This document shows positions 56,931 through 64,000 of a stretch of DNA of 64,000 bases, piece by piece. A model generated the notes under the pieces. It worked only from the letters and a program-made list of their open reading frames with translations. It had not been told where the DNA came from and did no database searches. The translations under genes were made by a program, and so were the position numbers. Position 1 is the stretch's first letter. Each line of letters begins with the position of its first letter. This stretch comes from Candidatus Hydrogenedentota bacterium (GTDB lineage: Bacteria; Hydrogenedentota; Hydrogenedentia; Hydrogenedentales; SLHB01), in assembly GCA_045863295.1 (NCBI GenBank), contig BTWA01000001.1, forward strand, positions 32,001 to 96,000, given 5' to 3'.

Positions 56931-57557
56931 TCAAATGGGCACACGGGACCGGTCGCGAAAACGGCGCAATCCCTGCTGATCAGGGGATTCCAGAAGGCGA
57001 TTCATCATAGACTCCATTGGGACGATGTTCGCAACCGCTGCGTACATTTGTTCAAACGCTGCGTTTGAAAAGGCATCGGGGAGAGCCTGCGCGCCCATGC
57101 CTTCGTGGCACGACCGTTCTTTTACCCAATTCAAAGCGTACTCCAGAATATCAGAGTGATCAAACGCCATGGGCGGTAGTGCGTGCACCGGGAACCACTG
57201 GGCGTCCCGTGCATCGTCGTCCGCTTTTACCATATGACGTGTTGCATCGATCAATGCCACGTACACGACGCTGACGGCCCAACCGCGGGGATCGCGGCCC
57301 GGGTTTCCAAATGTGCCGATTTGCGCCAATTTAACGGCGTACAGGCCGGTTTCTTCCCGCAATTCTCGCGCGGCTGCCACATCCAATGGCTCGTTTTCGT
57401 TTACGAATCCTCCGGGCAACGCCCAACTCCCTTCAAAGGGTTCGTGTCCCCTGCAGATCAAGAGGACATGCAAGGTCCCATCTATTACGGACAAGACGAC
57501 GGAGTCCGCTGCCATGATGGGTCGAGGATACGGATATGTGAATGCAAGCGTGGACAT
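56931..57557 (-). CDS. Nudix hydrolase, NrtR-like, with a degenerate C-terminal wHTH
   Basis: WALPGGFVNENEPLDVAAARELREETGL (intact Nudix box), FGNPGRDPRG, MAFDHSDIL. Heads the pncA-pncB operon. Confidence 0.85.
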   Translation of the reverse strand: MSTLAFTYPYPRPIMAADSVVLSVIDGTLHVLLICRGHEPFEGSWALPGGFVNENEPLDVAAARELREETGLYAVKLAQIGTFGNPGRDPRGWAVSVVYVALIDATRHMVKADDDARDAQWFPVHALPPMAFDHSDILEYALNWVKERSCHEGMGAQALPDAFSNAAFEQMYAAVANIVPMESMMNRLLESPDQQGLRRFRDRSRVPI

Positions 57558-57626
57558 TTGACGAAGCACTCCGTTGCGTTCTTTGGGAGGCCGTAGCACT
57601 TCGGGGATAGTGCAAGACGCAGCGAA

Positions 57627-58505
57627 TCAGGACACGCTGCCGGCCTCCTGGCGCACTGATGTGACGGATCGAAAGGCCGTATCGGTTCCGCCAAACGCTT
57701 CCCGCACAAACTCAAGAAACAGGCGGCGTGTTGCCGGCCGGGTCCAAGGCATGGTTTCCGAGAAACCGTGAATGCCGTTTGGCACTTCCACCACACGCGC
57801 CTCCACACCGGCGTTGTGCAGTTTGTCCGCCAATTCGTATGCCTTGGAAAGCGGAGTGACGCCATCCAGAGTGCCATGCACCAGCAATGTCTTCGGTGAC
57901 TCGGGGCTCACGTACTGGATTGGAGACACTCGGATGAAGGCGGGGTGATTCTCGTGAAACCATTCTCCTGTGTAGAACCAATAAACCGGATACATTATGG
58001 GCCGTACCCATAAAGGTACCCGGCCGGAGAAATCGTAAACGCCGTAAAGGCAAAACAATGCTTGCACTGCCGAAGACATCCCGGGCGGGTCATCCGTAAA
58101 CCCGTCGCCGTTTCGAGTGTACGCCGCTAACGAAGCCAGATGGCTTCCCGAACTGGAACCGTAGAGGCCGAACCGTTGAGGATCAAATCCGTATTGACCG
58201 GCGTTGACTCGCAACCAGCGAATGGCGTCTTTGATGTCGGCGATTTGACCGTCAAAACCCTCTTTGGGCAGGAGGCGGAAACCGACCACGGCCGCAGCCG
58301 CCAAACCCGCTTCCGCCACGGACTTTGCGTAGTACCGTTGAAGCCCGGTGTTATCCACGCACCACGCGCCGCCGTGAATGATGATCATGAGCGGAAGGGG
58401 ATGCTGGGGCATGGGATCTGGTAAATACAGATCAATCGTAAGCGTCTTGCCGCCCAAGCGTTTGTAGGGTATGCGGTTTATACGGGTGACAGTACGCTCG
58501 GACAA
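57627..58505 (-). CDS. Alpha/beta hydrolase (HSL/BD-FAE-like esterase)
   Basis: IIHGGAW, DIKDAIRWLR, FGLYGSSSGSHLA, LLVHGTLDGVTP, NGIHGF. Confidence 0.88.
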   Translation of the reverse strand: MSERTVTRINRIPYKRLGGKTLTIDLYLPDPMPQHPLPLMIIIHGGAWCVDNTGLQRYYAKSVAEAGLAAAAVVGFRLLPKEGFDGQIADIKDAIRWLRVNAGQYGFDPQRFGLYGSSSGSHLASLAAYTRNGDGFTDDPPGMSSAVQALFCLYGVYDFSGRVPLWVRPIMYPVYWFYTGEWFHENHPAFIRVSPIQYVSPESPKTLLVHGTLDGVTPLSKAYELADKLHNAGVEARVVEVPNGIHGFSETMPWTRPATRRLFLEFVREAFGGTDTAFRSVTSVRQEAGSVS

Positions 58506-58845
58506 TGCAGGATTCCAATCCTAATTTCCGCCGTGTTTGAATACGGCTGCCCAGCAGCTACGAGACCAGACAGGTACAAACACCGGCCGCAATTCATTAC
58601 ATGCCCACGCGTCGGGAATTCTAACACACGAAGTCCGTCCTGTACAGAAATGCTCAAAGCCCGATCCCCGGCTACAGGCCGGGGATCGGGCCGCCATTGC
58701 CGCCGTCATCGGCGTACGGCGAAAATCGATTTATGTGGAACGGGCCGACTTGCGCTTCGTTCTGGCCGGGGCCGACCCGGTACATGTTCTACGTTTCCCA
58801 GCGACTGCCGGTGAAACTCTGCGGCCAATGAAAACCATGAACTCG

Positions 58846-59193
58846 TCAGTTCACGGGTACCGTTCTCCGTTGAGCCCAATCTGCCTTGGGCAACGATACC
58901 GTCAAGATGCCGTCCGACAGGTTGGCGGAGATCTTCGCGGCATCTACCCAGACCGGAATCTGAAAACGCTTGCGCACCGCGCCGGCGGGGCGTTCGCGAC
59001 GAAGGTACTTGGACTCTGCGTCACCGGTCTTGCGCTCCGCGGATATGGTCAACACGCCGTTCTCGACGTGAATGGCTACACCGTCGGACACGACACCGGG
59101 GGCAGGGAGTTCGATTTTCAGCGCGTCCGGTAGATCCTGGACGTTGGCACAGACAGCCGTGGAAACACCCGCTTTGGCGATGCATACGGACAT
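58846..59193 (-). CDS. Hsp20/alpha-crystallin family protein (short, divergent)
   Basis: IELPAPGV...IHVENGVLTISAER, YLRRER, ISANLSDGILTVSLPK. Confidence 0.85.
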   Translation of the reverse strand: MSVCIAKAGVSTAVCANVQDLPDALKIELPAPGVVSDGVAIHVENGVLTISAERKTGDAESKYLRRERPAGAVRKRFQIPVWVDAAKISANLSDGILTVSLPKADWAQRRTVPVN

Positions 59194-59256
59194 AAGAAAA
59201 GTCTCCTTTGGGTGGCGCAGGGGCGCCATGGCCCCTGCGCGCAACGTGCTGGTTGG

Positions 59257-59706
59257 TTAGTTAACGCGCACGTCAATTTGCTTCGGTTTGGTTTCTTCGC
59301 GCTTCGGAAGCGTGACGTAGAGCACACCATCCCGGTATGAGGCGTCGATCTTGTCGCCTTGGAAACCGGCAGGCAACTCGAACGAGCGTTGGAAGCTGCC
59401 GTAGCGCCGCTCAACGCGGTGTCCGCCGTTTTCCTTCTGGTCGGATTCGTACTTACGCGACCCCTTGATGGTCACGAAGTTGTCCTGTACGGTCACTTCA
59501 ATGTCTTCCTTCTTCATGCCGGGCAGGTCTGCTTCGATCACGTATGCGTCTTTGGTTTCGCGGACGTCCACCGCCGGAACCCAGTTTTGCGTGCCTTCTA
59601 TGAAGGGGGTGAGTTCACCGAACAACCGGCTGAACTGATTCTCCAGATCACGCAGATTTCCAACCGGAGACAAGACAGGTCGATCACTCCAACGTACCAA
59701 TGACAT
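59257..59706 (-). CDS. Hsp20/alpha-crystallin family protein
   Basis: WVPAVDVRETKDAYVIEADLPG, HRVERRYGSFQRSFELP, ASYRDGVLYVTLPK. RBS GGAGG. Confidence 0.95.
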   Translation of the reverse strand: MSLVRWSDRPVLSPVGNLRDLENQFSRLFGELTPFIEGTQNWVPAVDVRETKDAYVIEADLPGMKKEDIEVTVQDNFVTIKGSRKYESDQKENGGHRVERRYGSFQRSFELPAGFQGDKIDASYRDGVLYVTLPKREETKPKQIDVRVN

Positions 59707-59787
59707 GGCCAACACCTCCTCAATCTTCACCAAGGTTCTGGTTCTTTTCTGCTCTTGCCGGTCCTTTGGCCGGCTTGTCATAGGATG

Positions 59788-59804
59788 AGCAACGGCTGTG
59801 CCAA
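59788..59804 (-). promoter_or_regulatory. Sigma54 (-24/-12) promoter for the Hsp20 pair
   Basis: Minus strand TTGGCAC-AGCCG-TTGCT is an exact TGGCAC-N5-TTGCW match about 80 nt upstream of the ATG. An AT-rich tract lies further upstream. Confidence 0.8.
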
Positions 59805-59992
59805 ACGGCCTCTTGGTCATAAGTTATTTAATTGCAGTGCATTAACGTTTCACCCTGCAGAAACTGGGCTATACGAGTCGCTTTGAGTGATTAGTTTTGA
59901 GATGCGAATGTTTTGTTTTGAAACAATGAGTCGATGGCTGGGTCAAGAGTTTGAAATGTGAGGCTTATGCACCGGATAGCCGGGTGACCCGT

Positions 59993-62206
59993 TTAATTCC
60001 GAGGGACGGCCGCTTCCAGATTCACGAATACTATCGCCGAGGGATCGCCATCGACAAGAGACGCTCCAACCCACTTTCCATCCGGCGACACAATTGGCCC
60101 GGAGCTTTCCTGGCGCTCGTTTGGCTGGGGATTGCGCCTCTGATTGTGAAGTCGCGTGAGTCGGATCTTGTCGCGCGACTTATCGGGCCATACGGCAAAC
60201 AGGTCTTCGACATTTTCGCCCGCCGTCATGGCGGCGACGAAATAGTTCCCGGACGGATGCCATGGCTGCGGTCCGACGCATCCGTCACCCAGATAGACAG
60301 GGTCGGAATCCAATTGGATAAAATTGATTCGTGGCTGAGTGACTCTGTCCGCGGCCCAGGATGCGACTATAGCGTCACCTTCCGGGCTGAGCGCAAATTC
60401 AGCAAACTCCACAGGAATAATGGCAAGTGGCGATTCTCCTCGGAATGTTGGGGCCGCGCCCATAGCCCGGATCTCGGACCCCTCGTTTGAGATGACGAAA
60501 TAGATGCAGAATTCGTCTGTGGGTGCGAACCGGATGTCTCTGACGACACCGTTCACCCTACCCAATGTGCGGAGCGAGCCTGAATCCAGGTTCAATTCCG
60601 CAATGATAGACGTGCGGGACTGCGGACTGGTCAACACCATGGCGAGTCTCTTACCGTCGTGCGAGCCAGCGATGGCTGTACAGATGCCGTGCGGTTCGGA
60701 GCCACTTCCTCTCAATGTGCTCGCATACACCTCTTTGGGCTCGTCTGAATCTCCATCACGGCTCATCAGTACGGAGCTGCCCGCCGAGAGCAGATCGCGG
60801 TCAAACGTATGCCGCACCTCCACAATGGCCTGATAAAGCGGGGAGCCTGCAGGAGCGGGAAAGACAGAGACGTATTCCGGCCGAATTGCCTGCAGGCGGC
60901 GGTTTTGTACAGAGCGGGCATCGAGTAACTGAACGGCTTCATTCACACTCTTGTGGCCGGGCGAAACCGCCAACACCAATCGTCGTCTTGCGTAATGGCC
61001 TCCCGGGAGTCCCAAGGCTTCTACATAGAGGGTGTCGCTGGCGGCGTTCCATCCCAGTGGTTTAAGGAAACAGGCGGGCGAGTGTTGATTCAGTACGATC
61101 ACGCCGGATGCTTGCTGGACGAATGCGAGACCTCTCAGCATTTCATCGTGAATCAAGGCCGGTTGCTCATTTCGTACCGTGGGATAACCCTTCAGGCCTC
61201 GATTCGTCGCCGCCAAAACAAGTGCGAGCAGCAATATTGCAACAAAGCCTGCCGTCCATCCCCTTCGACCGCTATACCATGGCCGCCGCACGACGACTGG
61301 AGTCGTCTTTGCAGCCGCTGCCAATCCTGTGTTGCTTTGGGTTTTCACCGCTGCCACTCGGACTTGATCGATTCGTGCCAGCAGTGCCCTTCCCGTCGCG
61401 GGGCGTCGCTCCGGTTCTTTTCGGAGCAGGTCCATGACCAATTCTTGCAGTCCATCCGGGATTGCCGGGTCAAACTCCTTGAGGGGCGGTGGATCGGCGG
61501 TGGTTATGGACTGAACCAGCCCGACCGGCGTTTCCGCGGCAAAGGGCCGCCTGCCGGCGATCATCTCGTACAGCATCACGCCCAAGGAGAACAGGTCGCT
61601 GTGGGGTCCGATTTCTCCCACACCACAATGCTCGGGCGACATGTACTGAGGCGTACCTAAGAATGCGCCTTCCGTGGTGAGTTTGCTTTCGGCCATGAGA
61701 AACTTCGCCAAGCCGAAATCAGATACGCGCACCCTTCCGTCGCTTGCGAGAATCACGTTGGACGGCTTCACATCCCGGTGGACGATACCATTGCTGTGGG
61801 CGCAGGCAAGGGCGTCTGCAATCTGTCGTGTCACGGCGAGGGATTCTACCCAATCAGGGCGGGCACGGCTGCCCAAGCGCTGTTCCAGCGTAATCCCTTC
61901 CACGAACTCCATCACAATGAAGGGGGTTCCGCGATCTTCCCGTACGGCATAGACCTGCACAATGTTGGGGTGGTTGAGCTTCGCGGCCGCGCGGGCTTCC
62001 TGTCGGAACCGTGCCACGAGCGACTCGTCGCCGGCCAACCTGCGCCGCAACACTTTGATGGCCACCAGCCGATCCAATGCCGGATCCCGGGCGAGATAGA
62101 CATAACCCATACCGCCTTTGCCCAAGGGCTTCAACACTTCGTAATCGCCCAATCGCTTGTGATCGGGTCCGGATGGATTCGCGGAATTATTGTCGTGCTT
62201 GGTCAT
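59993..62206 (-). CDS. Membrane Ser/Thr protein kinase with an extracytoplasmic beta-propeller-like domain
   Basis: LGKGGMGYVY, VAIKVL, HPNIVQVY, HRDVKPSN, DFGLAK, GTPQYMSPE, one TM, TolB-like repeats (IRFAPT, FALSPEG, IVSPDGKW). Start reassigned to ATG 62206. Confidence 0.9.
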   Translation of the reverse strand: MTKHDNNSANPSGPDHKRLGDYEVLKPLGKGGMGYVYLARDPALDRLVAIKVLRRRLAGDESLVARFRQEARAAAKLNHPNIVQVYAVREDRGTPFIVMEFVEGITLEQRLGSRARPDWVESLAVTRQIADALACAHSNGIVHRDVKPSNVILASDGRVRVSDFGLAKFLMAESKLTTEGAFLGTPQYMSPEHCGVGEIGPHSDLFSLGVMLYEMIAGRRPFAAETPVGLVQSITTADPPPLKEFDPAIPDGLQELVMDLLRKEPERRPATGRALLARIDQVRVAAVKTQSNTGLAAAAKTTPVVVRRPWYSGRRGWTAGFVAILLLALVLAATNRGLKGYPTVRNEQPALIHDEMLRGLAFVQQASGVIVLNQHSPACFLKPLGWNAASDTLYVEALGLPGGHYARRRLVLAVSPGHKSVNEAVQLLDARSVQNRRLQAIRPEYVSVFPAPAGSPLYQAIVEVRHTFDRDLLSAGSSVLMSRDGDSDEPKEVYASTLRGSGSEPHGICTAIAGSHDGKRLAMVLTSPQSRTSIIAELNLDSGSLRTLGRVNGVVRDIRFAPTDEFCIYFVISNEGSEIRAMGAAPTFRGESPLAIIPVEFAEFALSPEGDAIVASWAADRVTQPRINFIQLDSDPVYLGDGCVGPQPWHPSGNYFVAAMTAGENVEDLFAVWPDKSRDKIRLTRLHNQRRNPQPNERQESSGPIVSPDGKWVGASLVDGDPSAIVFVNLEAAVPRN

Positions 62207-62419
62207 GGAGCCTGGATTCCGACACTCTATTTCCTCCCTTTTCGCGCCGGTCCTTTCGAATACAACACCAGCGGCGCACCGAAGTTCGCCAGGGAAGCCT
62301 GGCGATATTGTACCCGGCGGGGGCGCGGATGTCCCCTTGCATGGTTGACGCGTGCCCCGTACGGGTGAGTAGACTGTGAGCCGGTTGCCATTCCGGGCGG
62401 TGAAGGGGTATTGATTACC

Positions 62420-63151
62420 ATGGACGATAGAGTTCGCGCCACGAAGACCTTTGGTTTCGAGCCGGGTCGTCGCCTCGCCAGCAAATACGAAGTCGTAAGC
62501 CGCCTCGGCACGGGGTGGGAAGGCGAGGTCTACCACGTCACGGAGATTACGACGGGCGTGGAGCGCGCAGCCAAGTTCTTTTTTCCGCAGCGCAATCCCC
62601 GTGACAAGGCAATCAAGTTCTACGCGAAGAAGCTCGACAAGCTGCGCAAGTGTCCGATCGTGATTCAATACCACACGCAGGAGTGGTGCCGGTGCCGGGG
62701 CGAGAAGATTGCGTTCCTGGTGAGCGAATACGTGGAAGGGCAATTGCTCTCGAATTTCATCAAGCAACATCCGGGGAAGCGAGTTCACTATTTCGAGGCG
62801 ATGCATTTGTTGTATTCGCTGGTGCTGGGTCTGGAAGAGATACATCAGATCGGCGAGTATCATGGCGATTTGCACGCGGAGAACATCATCGTCAAACGAA
62901 CGGGGATTCATTTCGACGTTAAGGTGGTGGACATGTTCCAGTGGGGGCGTTGCACTCCAGCCCACTTTCTGGACGACGTGTGCGACGCAATCCGGTTGTT
63001 CTACAACGCAATCGGGGGAGCCAAGGCATATTCCCATGCGCCGAAGGAAGTGAAGTCCGTGGTGTGCGGCCTAAAACGGTCACTCATTCGGAAGAAGTTC
63101 AAAACCGCCGGCGATCTGCGCGTGTTTCTTGAGACAACATCCTGGGATTGA
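62420..63151 (+). CDS. Small stand-alone protein-kinase-like protein (non-RD, DMF instead of DFG)
   Basis: YEVVSRLGTGWEGEVY, ERAAKFF, LVSEYVEG, YHGDLHAENII, VKVVDMF. Confidence 0.8.
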   Translation: MDDRVRATKTFGFEPGRRLASKYEVVSRLGTGWEGEVYHVTEITTGVERAAKFFFPQRNPRDKAIKFYAKKLDKLRKCPIVIQYHTQEWCRCRGEKIAFLVSEYVEGQLLSNFIKQHPGKRVHYFEAMHLLYSLVLGLEEIHQIGEYHGDLHAENIIVKRTGIHFDVKVVDMFQWGRCTPAHFLDDVCDAIRLFYNAIGGAKAYSHAPKEVKSVVCGLKRSLIRKKFKTAGDLRVFLETTSWD

Positions 63152-63188
63152 GGACAGACACGTTTCACCGCGCGTTTGGTTTGCACGA

Positions 63189-64000
63189 TCACGCTGTACG
63201 ATTCCCATTTACAAACGCCGCGTCAATAACCGCTTTGCCGTCAAGGTCGCGAAACGCGACGAAATCGGCCTTCTTTCCAATCACGGGCAGTGCGAATTGG
63301 AACGGAAGACCGAAGAGCTTGGCCGGAATGGCGTTTGCCGATGCGAAGGCTTCCTCCAATGTCAGGTCGGTGTTGAGGGCCACGTTCAATACTCCCTGCA
63401 ACAGCATAAGGGAACTGCCCGCGAGTAAATCGGTGCCCGTAAGACAGATGCGCCCGCTTGGCTTCAACTCCACAGGAATTCCCGCGAGGTCGTAGAAGCC
63501 CGGCTTCAATCCCGCGGCCGTAACCACATCGGACGTCAGAACCAAACGTGAGGGACCCTTTGCACGTGCGATAGTCTTCAGCATGGGCGCGGGCACATGA
63601 TGCAAGTCTGCGATTACGGACGCCGCAAGACGATCCTCCGCCATTTGGGGCCAGAGTGGATTGACATGGCGATGCATCATGGATGCGGAACCATTTCCCA
63701 AATGAGTTGACAAGACTGCACCGGCATCCACCGCGCGTTTGATATCATCTGCCGTGGCCTGATGGTGGCCTAAAGAGACGGCCACGCCGCGCTTGATCAC
63801 GGCCTTAATAAACGGAATTGCCCCGGGAACCTCGGGCGCAATCGTGGTATAGACAACCTTTCCCTCCGCTGCCTTCATGCACCGATCGAATTCGCGAATG
63901 CTGGGCTTCCGTACGTGCCTGCGCGCGTGTGCGCCTCGCGGTCCGTCCTCCGGTGAAATGTAGGGGCCTTCCAGGTGGATACCGGGCACAGCGCGGGCCA
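63189..64000 (-). CDS. nagA: N-acetylglucosamine-6-phosphate deacetylase (5' end outside the window)
   Basis: PGIHLEGPYIS...GAH, TIAPE, VSLGH, STHLGNG, VIADLHH, LTSD, LAGSSL. Confidence 0.9.
   Translation of the reverse strand, partial: ARAVPGIHLEGPYISPEDGPRGAHARRHVRKPSIREFDRCMKAAEGKVVYTTIAPEVPGAIPFIKAVIKRGVAVSLGHHQATADDIKRAVDAGAVLSTHLGNGSASMMHRHVNPLWPQMAEDRLAASVIADLHHVPAPMLKTIARAKGPSRLVLTSDVVTAAGLKPGFYDLAGIPVELKPSGRICLTGTDLLAGSSLMLLQGVLNVALNTDLTLEEAFASANAIPAKLFGLPFQFALPVIGKKADFVAFRDLDGKAVIDAAFVNGNRTA

Noticed and set aside
58521..58845. Short ORFs between the Hsp20 pair and the esterase
   Set aside because: No motif, RBS or codon-bias support.
62207..63037. N-terminal 277 aa of ORF 59993..63037
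   Set aside because: It is largely the antisense shadow of the plus-strand kinase 62420..63151. The kinase domain begins just after ATG 62206.

Overview
A 64-kb chromosomal window from a GC-rich (about 60%) Gram-negative-type bacterium. Gene style suggests a PVC/Hydrogenedentota-like organism, but this is inference only. Most of it is housekeeping or catabolic: greA-carB-rsmI, ftsK-rodZ-like-pgsA-alr-NYN, ispE, the NAD salvage operon Nudix-pncA-pncB, NAD kinase, nagA, two Hsp20 genes behind a sigma54 promoter, polysaccharide lyases and c-di-GMP signalling proteins. The accessory hot spot is about 12.0-20.6 kb. It holds (i) a lower-GC anti-phage sirtuin Dsr1 gene and a strongly G/T-skewed HGGxSTG-like gene, enclosed by 166-bp direct repeats (7 mismatches) that look like decayed REP/REPIN elements and abut xerD; (ii) a minimal plesiocin-type graspetide RiPP locus (57-aa precursor with LFIKEL leader and TTLALGEE core, plus ATP-grasp ligase); and (iii) a guanidine-III riboswitch controlling a SugE/Gdx exporter. 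Other notable items are a SAM-I/IV-like structured leader with an apparently altered core (7.06-7.18 kb), a lipoprotein with four avidin-like barrel repeats beside an SSS symporter, tandem lipoproteins with terpene-cyclase/prenyltransferase-like motifs, a pseudo-histidine kinase, an MshEN-HDOD fusion, NrdR- and DnaA-like boxes upstream of ftsK, and a MITE-like element with a partial second copy. No rRNA, tRNA or CRISPR array was seen. All family calls rest on recalled motifs; no database search was run.
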